DNA from: an uncultured Pseudomonadota bacterium
GTDB taxonomy: Bacteria > Myxococcota_A > Polyangia > Fen-1088
Assembly: GCA_963725905.1 (NCBI GenBank)
Contig: CAVSAG010000003.1
Coordinates: forward strand, 449,546 to 513,545
Length of the DNA: 64,000 bases
Direction: 5' to 3'
Part shown: piece by piece, positions 37,840 to 44,551 of the stretch
Layout: each line of letters starts with the position of its first letter
Position numbering within the stretch: position 1 is the first letter of the stretch
The notes under the pieces: model-generated
Seen by the model: only the letters and a program-made list of their open reading frames with translations
What the model was told of the DNA's origin: nothing
Database searches by the model: none
Translations under genes and position numbers: made by a program

Positions 37840-37842
37840 ACC

Positions 37843-38130
37843 CTACTTCTTCGCGATGGGGCGCCTGGCGTGGTGATAGACGCGGACGATTCGCAGCGCT
37901 TCCGCTGATCGCTGGTAGTAGATTCGGAACGACGCCACCGGCCAGCTCCTCACGACGGCGCCCGATCGCAATTGCACCTCCGGTCCCTGGAACTCACCTC
38001 GCGCGAGCCTTTCGATCATCGAGAGCAGCTGATCCTTCAGCTCGGTCGCCGCGATCGGGTTACTCGCTGCGAGGTACTCGACGGCGGAACGAAGATCTTG
38101 TCGCGCGCGTGGGGAGAACCTGACCTTCAA
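37843..38130 (-). CDS. parE: Type II toxin, ParE/RelE family
   Basis: 95 aa. KVRFSPRARQDLRSAVEYLAASNPIAATELKDQLLSMIERLARGEF...SFRIYYQRSAEALRIVRVYHHARR. Its TTG start overlaps the antitoxin stop as TTGA. Confidence 0.85.
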   Translation of the reverse strand: MKVRFSPRARQDLRSAVEYLAASNPIAATELKDQLLSMIERLARGEFQGPEVQLRSGAVVRSWPVASFRIYYQRSAEALRIVRVYHHARRPIAKK

Positions 38131-38342
38131 CGGCGGACGATCGCGTCGAGGTCAGCGCGAACTTCATCCAGATCGGCGCCTTCGCCGCGATCCAACGCAG
38201 CGAGCGCCTCTTCCAAGCCCTGTTCCTGCTCGGGCGTGAGCGCCGGCACAGCGTCGAGCGATTCGATCACATAGCGGCCTTCGGGCAGCTTGCGAAGCTC
38301 GTCCGGCAAGTCCCGGCCGTTCCACTTGAGCACCGTCGCCAT
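38127..38342 (-). CDS. Putative ParD-like antitoxin
   Basis: ATG at 38342 inside the listed 38127..38393 ORF. 71 aa: MATVLKWNGRDLPDELRKLPEGRYVIESLDAVPALTPEQEQGLEEALAALDRGEGADLDEVRADLDAIVRR. Acidic, and located upstream of and overlapping the toxin gene. Confidence 0.7.
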   Translation of the reverse strand: MATVLKWNGRDLPDELRKLPEGRYVIESLDAVPALTPEQEQGLEEALAALDRGEGADLDEVRADLDAIVRR

Positions 38343-38779
38343 ACCAGGACAATCATACACGAGGGTCCTTCGCCAGGGGGGAGCGTGGCGCACGGCACCG
38401 GGCTCCGCCCAAGGATCGAGACGTCGTCCAAAACATCATCGACGACGTTCCGCCCCCCAAGCCGGTGGACGATCTGGAAGGCGATCTCCTGGGCCTCTAC
38501 CTGACCACGGGACGCCTGCTGGCGGCGGGCGGTGCCGAGATCGAGCACGCCGGCGTGCAACCGGACGTCGAGATGGCCTGGCCCCCCGGCCAGCACCGGC
38601 AACCGGATGAAGACTGCGTGCGCCAGTTCGCGGAGGCCTTGATCGCTCGGGCCCGCGGTCCGGAGCGTTCGACGCTGCTCGCGACCGCGAAGACGCTCCC
38701 GGCCGAGGGGTTGTGCCGGTCGGTCGGGTTGCGCGGAGGCTAGCTCCGGGAGACGCGGCGCCGTTGCGCCTGCGCCTGG

Positions 38780-38816
38780 CATGCCTGCGGGGCGACGCGG
38801 CGGCGCGCGCGCACGG
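38780..38816. repeat. R-family repeat, copy 3
   Basis: catgcctgcggggcgacgcggcggcgcgcgcgcacgg lies about 20 nt 3' of the second ParE/RelE toxin gene. It shares gacgcggcggcgcgcgcgcacgg(g)gatcc with copy 1. Confidence 0.75.
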
Positions 38817-38835
38817 GGATCCCGCGGTGGGGCAG

Positions 38836-39141
38836 TTACGGCGCGTCTTGCAGCCGAGGCCCGCGGCGGCGGCTGGCGCCCCAGACGGCGCGGACGACGA
38901 TGCCTTCTTTGTCGAAGGTGAAGTAGACGTGCACGCCGATTCTTTCCACGAAGACCCGACGAACGCCCGGCACTCGTGGATACGACGTGCTCGCACCAGA
39001 TAGCCTGGCAATCAGGTCGATCGTCCGCTCGAGGTCCGACGTGAACGCCTCGACGTGATCGCGGTTACTGGTCCACCAATCGCGCTCGTGGAGGACGTGA
39101 CGTCGTGCCGTCGCGGTGAACTGAACGCGTCGCCGTTTCAC
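38836..39141 (-). CDS. Type II toxin, RelE/ParE family
   Basis: 101 aa. VQFTATARRHVLHERDWW...FTSDLERTIDLIARLSGASTSYPRVPGVRRVFVERIGVHVYFTFDKEGIVVRAVW. Its start overlaps the upstream antitoxin stop. Confidence 0.75.
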   Translation of the reverse strand: MKRRRVQFTATARRHVLHERDWWTSNRDHVEAFTSDLERTIDLIARLSGASTSYPRVPGVRRVFVERIGVHVYFTFDKEGIVVRAVWGASRRRGPRLQDAP

Positions 39142-39362
39142 GGCCGGCGGAGTTCGCGCAGCACGTCTTCGGCGCTGACGAGTCGACCGGCTTCGACGTC
39201 GCTCTCGGATTCCCGGAGCGCATCGTGAAGACGTGCTCGATCGGACTCGTCGAGCCAGTCCCCGGGGTCGAGCGGAAGAAGTTCGACCTCCGTCCCTTCG
39301 GGCAGATCCGTCGGCTCATCGACCACCAGCCGCCCGCCCTTCACGCGTGCCTTCAGGGTCAT
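39138..39362 (-). CDS. Putative antitoxin (swapped-hairpin/DUF104-like N-terminus)
   Basis: 74 aa. MTLKARVKGGRLVVDEPTDLPEGTEVELLPLDPGDW..., acidic C-terminus, 4-nt overlap with the toxin gene. Confidence 0.7.
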   Translation of the reverse strand: MTLKARVKGGRLVVDEPTDLPEGTEVELLPLDPGDWLDESDRARLHDALRESESDVEAGRLVSAEDVLRELRRP

Positions 39363-39603
39363 GGGGAGAGTCTACTGCACGGGCCGCGGGTCGACAGATC
39401 GCGACGCGCGCGAAGGGAGAATCGGACCTTCAACGGCGAACGATGGCGTTGAGGTCGGCCCGAACGTCCTCGAGGTCCGCGCCCTCGCCGCGATCGAGCG
39501 CGTCTACCCCGAGGGCGCCGATCGGAAAGAACGTGCTCTTCCCGCTTCCCGGCGGGCCCGCCACGACGATCATGACCGGGCGGGCGGGCTTCTTCGCGGC
39601 CAC
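39359..39603 (-). pseudogene. Chimeric TA wreckage: P-loop (zeta-like) toxin N-terminus fused to a ParD-like tail, followed by a 24-codon ParE 5' remnant
   Basis: My minus-strand translation of 39603..39430 is VAAKKPARPVMIVVAGPPGSGKSTFFPIGALGVDALDRGEGADLEDVRADLNAIVRR*. That is a Walker A N-terminus joined to the same 23-aa antitoxin tail seen at 38127 and 29903. Overlapping its stop (TTGA), LKVRFSLRARRDLSTRGPCSRLSP* (39433..39359) copies the first 13 codons of the 37843 ParE gene. Confidence 0.5.
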
Positions 39604-39609
39604 GGCGAC

Positions 39610-39855
39610 TTAGCCGGTTTCGACGCTGGTCAGCGACGCCGGACGCATGTCCGGGGGGAGCTCCCGAGAGACGAGGCGACCGTCGCCATCGATCACACCC
39701 ATCTGCTCCAGCCGCGACCGCGCTTGCTGTATCCGCCGCTCGGCCATGGCGTCCATGCGCGCGTCCCACGTCGCAACGTCAGCTTCGTCGTCGAGGTCGA
39801 GATCGTCGACACGAGCCTCTGGAATGGGGGACTCGTCCAGGGCGGTGGCGGCCAT
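39610..39855 (-). CDS. Small acidic protein, probable orphaned antitoxin of the truncated P-loop toxin
   Basis: 81 aa. MAATALDESPIPEARVDDLDLDDEADVATWDARMDAMAERRIQQARSRLEQMGVIDGDGRLV... Its stop lies 6 nt before the P-loop remnant. Confidence 0.5.
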   Translation of the reverse strand: MAATALDESPIPEARVDDLDLDDEADVATWDARMDAMAERRIQQARSRLEQMGVIDGDGRLVSRELPPDMRPASLTSVETG

Positions 39856-39901
39856 GATTCCTATTTTAGCACCGGCCTTCGGCGAGGGCGCTGACCTTCG
39901 G

Positions 39902-40744
39902 TCAGGGCCCTCTGCGGTCGTTCGGCGAGGAGATTACGGTCTGGGACCTGGAAAGAATGCCGGAGCCGTCGCTGGCAAAACGAATCACCACGGCCGAGAT
40001 GCGGTTGAAGGATTGGTAGTTCGCGGCCACGAGACGAATGGCTCCCGCCACGTCCTCCGCGGGCACGTCGCCGATGACTGTCCCCTGGTCGGTTTCGGCG
40101 AACAGACGCCAATGTGTCCAAGGCGGCTCGACGGCGGGAAGGCGGCGCTCCCACTTGGCTCGGAGTCCTGCACCCGGAAGGACGGGAGAGCCGGTCAGCA
40201 TCGCGGCCACCTCGTCCGTATCCCACCGTGCGGCACCGATGTGCTGCGAGATGATGTCGCCGTCCTTGACGATGAAGGTCGCTGGAATGGAGCGTGTCTC
40301 GAAGATCGGTGGCGTGTCGTCGGCGAGGACGAAGATCGGGATCCTCCACGGCTTACGAGAGGCAAAGGCCTTCACCTTCTCGAGCGGCTCGGTGGTGACG
40401 CACGCGAAGGCGACGTTCGCGCCCTCCAATCGACGCATCAAACGTTCGATGCTGGGCAACTCGGCCACGCAGGGCGCGCACCAAGTCGCCCAGAAATTCA
40501 GGAAGAGCGTCTGGCCCCGAAAAGTGCTCGCGCTGACGACCTCGCTCTCCAAAGTCCGCAACCGCATCTCGTAGTCCCAGCCCTTGAGCAGCTGCGGCCG
40601 CGCCGATTCAAGGCGGGAGGGCAGACGCCGCCGGACGAGCCGCAGGCCGAACCACAGCAGCACCCCGAGCAGCGCCAGCGTGACCAGCACCCCCAGCGCG
40701 ACGCCTATCAAGAGATCGTGCCTCACGGTGGTGACACCCGACAC
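39902..40744 (-). CDS. TlpA-family thiol:disulfide oxidoreductase, membrane-anchored, with an extra C-terminal domain
   Basis: 280 aa. TM helix LLIGVALGVLVTLALLGVLLWFGL. Thioredoxin motif LFLNFWATWCAPCVAELP; IPATFIVKDGDII. A ~100-aa C-terminal extension of unknown type. Confidence 0.8.
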   Translation of the reverse strand: MSGVTTVRHDLLIGVALGVLVTLALLGVLLWFGLRLVRRRLPSRLESARPQLLKGWDYEMRLRTLESEVVSASTFRGQTLFLNFWATWCAPCVAELPSIERLMRRLEGANVAFACVTTEPLEKVKAFASRKPWRIPIFVLADDTPPIFETRSIPATFIVKDGDIISQHIGAARWDTDEVAAMLTGSPVLPGAGLRAKWERRLPAVEPPWTHWRLFAETDQGTVIGDVPAEDVAGAIRLVAANYQSFNRISAVVIRFASDGSGILSRSQTVISSPNDRRGP

Positions 40745-40816
40745 TACTCGCCCCTTTGATGGATCGGCCAGGGGGAATCTGAGTCGACGCTGCGGCGGAG
40801 AGCTAGGACGGCTCGT

Positions 40817-41113
40817 TCAGCGCCGGGTCCAGTATCCCGAACGTCGCTTCAGATGCGCGACCGCAACGATCTCGATCTCGTCATCCGAAATCAGTCGATA
40901 GACGAGGGCGTAAGGAAACCGTCCCATCAACGTCCGTCGAGATCCCCGGGCCGCGGCCCAGCGCTCGGGTGCCTCCACGATCTCGTCCGCCTTCTTGCGA
41001 ACTGCGTGTACGAATCGGAGGCCGAGGCCGGGCGAGCGTTCGTCGTACCAAGCTGCAGCATCCTGCAGCTCGGCCTCGGCCATCGGGTTGAACCGCAGCC
41101 GTCTACTTGCCAC
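40817..41113 (-). CDS. Type II toxin, RelE/ParE family
   Basis: 98 aa. LRFNPMAEAELQDAAAWYDERSPGLGLRFVHAVRKKADEIVEAPERW...FPYALVYRLISDDEIEIVAVAHLKRR. Confidence 0.8.
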   Translation of the reverse strand: MASRRLRFNPMAEAELQDAAAWYDERSPGLGLRFVHAVRKKADEIVEAPERWAAARGSRRTLMGRFPYALVYRLISDDEIEIVAVAHLKRRSGYWTRR

Positions 41114-41330
41114 CGAATCGCTGCTCGAGACGCGCGAAAACGTCTTCGGCCGGGACCGTCTTCACGCGGCCGGTGTCCACGTCCTCCATCCGCCGCTTGA
41201 TCTCGCCCTCCCAATACTCGCCCAGATCCGACAGATCGAGACTGGCTGACAGCTCGTCGACGAGCTCTTCGCGCTCCTCGGGCCGAAGCTTGAGCGCGGC
41301 CTCGAGAACAGCCTTCGTGGCGGCGGACAT
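41103..41330 (-). CDS. Antitoxin of the 'putative addiction module component' type
   Basis: 75 aa. LKLRPEEREELVDELSASL...YWEGEIKRRMEDVDTGRVKTVPAEDVFARLEQR. 11-nt overlap with the toxin gene. Confidence 0.75.
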   Translation of the reverse strand: MSAATKAVLEAALKLRPEEREELVDELSASLDLSDLGEYWEGEIKRRMEDVDTGRVKTVPAEDVFARLEQRFGGK

Positions 41331-41419
41331 GGATTGATTTTACTTAGTAAACGCGGTTCTGGCGAGGCCATGGTACCGCGCCGGGACGGACTGCCCTTCG
41401 AGGCTCTGCCTTCGCCCCC

Positions 41420-41455
41420 GTGCTCGCCCGGGAAGCGCGCGGGCGGCGCTGCGTC
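41420..41455. repeat. R-family repeat, copy 4 (5' half only)
   Basis: gtgctcgcccgggaagcgcgcgggcggcgctgcgtc matches the 5' half of copy 2. It lies 36 nt upstream of the 41491 lipoprotein gene. Confidence 0.7.
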
Positions 41456-41490
41456 GCACCCCATGCAGGCGTTGGCTAAGATGGTCTTGG

Positions 41491-41838
41491 ATGCGTTTGC
41501 GCAGACTGGCTTTCGCGCTGCTCGTTGTCGGGGCGGCGGGGTGTGCGCACATGCAACCGACCCGCCTGTGGATCCGCTGCTGCGCGGGGGATGAACGCCC
41601 GGGCGGAGCCTGCGAAGAAGAGCAACGCTTCGCACAAGTCGTCCTGGACGGCACGGCGGCGGGTAAATGCGAGGACTGGGGAGGCGCCGGACGGTTGCTG
41701 GCGCCGGGGTGGCACCACATCGACGTCCAGGTTCGAGACGGTCGGGAAGGCTGTTGCTTCGCCGCCGACGTGGACCTCGAGGTCCCACCCGGCCAAACGA
41801 CCGCCTTTCGAGCCTACCTCGGTCGATTCCCCGATTGA
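41491..41838 (+). CDS. Small Cys-rich lipoprotein (paralog of 37059..37412)
   Basis: 115 aa. MRLRRLAFALLVVGAAGCAH...WIRCC...VVLDGTAAGKCEDWGG...GCC...LEVPPGQTTAFRAYLGRFPD. Confidence 0.7.
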   Translation: MRLRRLAFALLVVGAAGCAHMQPTRLWIRCCAGDERPGGACEEEQRFAQVVLDGTAAGKCEDWGGAGRLLAPGWHHIDVQVRDGREGCCFAADVDLEVPPGQTTAFRAYLGRFPD

Positions 41839-41911
41839 GGGCCCCGGTGACCCCCGTGGCGGAAGTAAGTGGGCAACCGGGTAAGCTCGATCGCAACCAG
41901 GAGCAGAATCG

Positions 41912-42590
41912 GTGCCTGTATCGACCACGATCAGAGCGGCAAATGCGGACGAGCTGGGGGTGATCGCGCGGCGGATGGACCGCGGGCGCGAAGGTGCCTT
42001 CGCCAGGGGGGGAGCGTGGCGCCGGGAAGCGGTTCGCGTGGGCGTCATTGGCGCCGTGGCGACGGTGGCTTCTGCGGTCCTGGTCCTCCGGACGCAGACA
42101 GGCGCCTTCGTCATCGGCGGCGCGCTCGGACTGACGTTCGTGGCCTTTGGTCTGCTGGGCTCGCGGCGTGCTAGCCGGTCGATCGAGGTTCGGCTGGCGG
42201 AATGGGGGCAGGCGCGCCATCACGGAATACCGGATCACGGCTGATCGGATCGTCACCGCCGCGGGCGAGGACGGAGACGTGTGGTGGCTGTTCCGGATCG
42301 ACCCTGGTGCTTGGCTGGCCTTCGAGCAAGGACAGTGGGATGGCGTCGACGGGTCGGCGCACCTGTGGTGCCGTGAGGCACGAATCGGCGTGGATGCTCA
42401 TCGCACGGTTGTTTCGATCGAGAGCACGGGCGACCCCATCGTGGTCGAACGACGCGACCTGCGACCACCGGACTTCGCGCCGACACCCGAGACACTGTTC
42501 TGGTCGCCGCCCGACGAGGCCGGCCCGTTACCCGTGCAGATCGCCGGTGATCCGACCGTCCCGATCGCGACTACATCATCGCCGACATGA
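41912..42590 (+). pseudogene. Two-TM membrane protein with a probable 1-nt insertion in a G5 run
   Basis: The listed ORF 41912..42244 has two TM helices (VGVIGAVATVASAVLVL, FVIGGALGLTFVAFGLL). The listed ORF 42147..42590 is only protein-like from ...AITEYRITADRIVTAAGEDGDVWWLFRIDP onward. The frames meet at the G5 run 42204-42208; G4 would give ...IEVRLAEWGRRAITEYRIT... The last 30 nt overlap J-box copy 3. Confidence 0.5.
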
Positions 42591-42730
42591 ACGGCTCCGC
42601 CGTGTTCCTGCTCGCCGCGCTGAAGATGCGGCTCGGCCTGGCGGCGCGGCGGTGTGGGGTCGGCGCGGAGGCGGCGGGACGGGGCGGGGGAGGCGGGGCG
42701 GGTGTTGGGGTGGTTCGAGGGGCTGGGGCG
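42561..42730. repeat. J-box copy 3 (42561-42601) plus G-rich cassette leader copy L (42651-42730)
   Basis: ccgatcgcgactacatcatcgccgacatgaacggctccgcc, followed 50 nt later by ggtgtggggtcggcgcggaggcggcgggacggggcgggggaggcggggcgggtgttggggtggttcgaggggctggggcg. The latter aligns with 46521-46597 at about 70-75% identity by eye, with the blocks in the same order. Confidence 0.7.
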
Positions 42731-42852
42731 CGGCTCGAAAACGGGAAACCCGCCGAGCCATTGATTCTTCCAGTAGGTTGGTAGTAATGTTGTGGTGAAC
42801 GTTGAGCTAGGAAGACGGGCCGCGCAATCGACATCCGCCACAGTAGGGAGAG

Positions 42853-44050
42853 ATGGCCGGCAAAGGATGAAACGTCCTAGAAGTTGGGAGGCTAAAAGCC
42901 GTCGCACCTGGGCAGGCGCTCGGCTACAGCCTCCAGTTCACCCGACTCACGGAGATGCTTCTTGCCGCGGCGCCAGGAACGTCGTGCACCTTGGAGGTTC
43001 TCGATGCGGAGATTGGCACCCATTGGCAGGTTGTCCTTGGGCAATCCAAGAGTGCGTTGACGGACAATCCAGTCGCCGACAGGGCACTTCCGCTCTGGAA
43101 GACGATCTCGACGGCTTGAAGGTTGCGAAGGAAGGCCTTGTCGAGCCTGAGCGCAAGACAACAATGTTCGAGCTCTATGTCTCGCGCCCGGTCAGTGGGA
43201 CGCTGATCGACGCATTCAACGCTGCCCGAACTCATGAGGACGCTGTGTTGGCGTTAGAGAAGGCGCGCCACGAACTCTGGGGCGACGGCCCCGATCTCTC
43301 TTCGCCCTTCCCTGTCGACCGCGATCGCCCCATACGTAAACGAGGTACTCGAAACCGAGGATTGTCTCCTCGCGCCGATCGTGATGGGCGACCTTACTGC
43401 GGCTCAGGGAGCCCTCAAGCCGATATCGAGGCGGCGATCCGCCAGGGGCCCGTGTCGGATGCGAAGGTCTTCACGATTGCGGACAAAATGTGCGGCTGGG
43501 TAAAACGACAGGTCGACAAACAGCTTGAGCGCGGGCTTCCGGCATTAGTTCAACGGGACGATTTTCATCGCGAGTATGTGGCGTTTGTTCGAAGTGTTGA
43601 CCGAGATATCATTCTTAGGAGCTTCGCAAAAAAGCCGTCTCAGTCCGATCTCCTGAGAGCACTTACCGGACCTATTTGTCCAGCAGCTCGACTGGATAGA
43701 CTTGGGGTTCGACGAGAAGTTGGAAGCTGTCAGTGACTATCTCAGATCTTCGATCGGGTCACCTGGAGCAAATCCGGTGATGTGCATGAAGACTCGTTCA
43801 TTGGCCTCAACGAGCAGCTGTGCCGCGTCTGGCGGAATAGCGCTCGTGCAGCCAGCCTAGAAGGCGCGGCGAGTTCAGACACCGAGCGTGAAAGGCGTGC
43901 ACTCGCTGTATGACCTACGAAACAAACGTGCAAGGCATGGAGGCCCCGGCGCACTTTGTTCCAGGATGTTTTCATCGGCTCGCCGACGAAGCGACCATTG
44001 GCTGGCATCCAGCGTATAAGGCCCGCTTGAAAGCTCGCTCCGCGTCATGA
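42853..44050 (+). pseudogene. ABC-3C-type effector gene (DUF4297/Cap4-like nuclease N-terminus plus ABC-3C C-terminal domain), multiply disrupted
   Basis: Conceptual translation pieced from three frames. MAGKG*NVLEVGRLKAVAPGQALGYSLQFTRLTEMLLAAAPGTSCTLEVLDAEIGTHWQVVLGQSKSALTDNPVADRALPLWK / LDGLKVAKEGLVEPERKTTMFELYVSRPVSGTLIDAFNAARTHEDAVLALEKARHELWG / LSTAIAPYVNEVLETEDCLLAPIVMGDLTAAQGALKPI / VFTIADKMCGWVKRQVDKQLERGLPALVQRDDFHREYVAFVRSVDRDIILRSFAKKPSQSDLL / HLPDLFVQQLDWIDLGFDEKLEAVSDYLRS / IFDRVTWSKSGDVHEDSFIGLNEQLCRVWRNSARAA / NVQGMEAPAHFVPGCFHRLADEATIGWHPAYKARL. Lesions: TGA at 42868, and frameshifts near 43100, 43290, 43425, 43658, 43745 and 43900. Confidence 0.55.
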
Positions 44051-44548
44051 CGGCGCTGGCGCGAGAGATACGGAATATCCAAAACCCCGCTCTCGGTGCC
44101 GGTCTAGTTTGGCGGTTCGTCTGCTGGCTACACGTCGGATCACCCGACCCGTGATCCGGCTCCGCTTCCCGCCTTGTTTCTTGTACTGCCCATTGTCTTG
44201 CACGAAGAGACTGACTCGTTCGTCCGGAGCACTCTACTGTCTTCCGGCCTTCGGTCATTCGCGGCGAAGTTCGGCACCTCCGCAAACTCAAAGCAAGATC
44301 TGCTGCTGGCGATTCACGCACGGATGCTTGCTCTGCGTCCGTTGACCCTCGCCTCAGTGCGCATCGCGCTCGCGACGCGACTCCTTCACCTTGAGACGGC
44401 CGCCGTGATTCCACTCTCGACGACCAAGGCCCAGGCCGGCATCCTCCCTGACACAAAACGGCTGATGAAGAGTGCGGAAAAACTTGGGGCGTGGTGCGGT
44501 CGCCTGACCTTGCACGAGATTGCGACAACCTTGAAAGTGAGATTGTGA
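44047..44548 (+). pseudogene. ABC-3C middle-component gene with one frameshift
   Basis: The ATG overlaps the upstream stop (ATGA). MTALAREIRNIQNPALGAGLVWRFVC, then a shift near 44122-44150, then GYTSDHPTRDPAPLPALFLVLPIVLHEETDSFVRSTLLSSGLRSFAAKFG...DLLLAIHARMLALRPLTLASVRIALATRLLHL... (listed ORF 44174..44548). The pattern matches what I recall for three-component ABC system middle components. Confidence 0.55.
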
Positions 44549-44551
44549 AAC

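Noticed and set aside
37413-37842. ORFs 37102..37908(+), 37388..37837(-) and 37503..38123(+) covering the 430-nt gap after the 37059 lipoprotein gene.
   Set aside because: All are Arg/Pro/Ala-rich, mutually overlapping and without motifs. I treat the interval as non-coding, containing the palindromic element and R-repeat copy 2.
38465-38743. A 92-aa + strand ORF (VDDLEGDLLGLYLTTGRLLAAGGAEIEHAGV...) between TA modules 1 and 2.
   Set aside because: The composition is plausible and the frame is open further upstream (…RDVVQNIIDDVPPPKP…). However, there is no ATG, no ribosome-binding site and no recognisable family, and it ends in R-repeat copy 3. It may be another gene relic, but support is insufficient to call it.
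36986-38816. The R-family repeats as integron attC sites, with the TA region as an integron cassette array.
   Set aside because: There are no RYYYAAC/GTTRRRY core-site pairs, no imperfect long palindrome of attC type and no intI gene in the window. Flanking genes are on both strands. I kept it only as a generic junction repeat.
42700-42790. A tRNA or tRNA-fragment attachment site at the left island border (GGTTCGAGG resembles a T-arm).
   Set aside because: No acceptor-stem complement, anticodon arm or CCA-proximal structure can be drawn. The sequence is part of the G-rich leader repeat. tRNAscan-SE or ARAGORN could confirm that it is absent.
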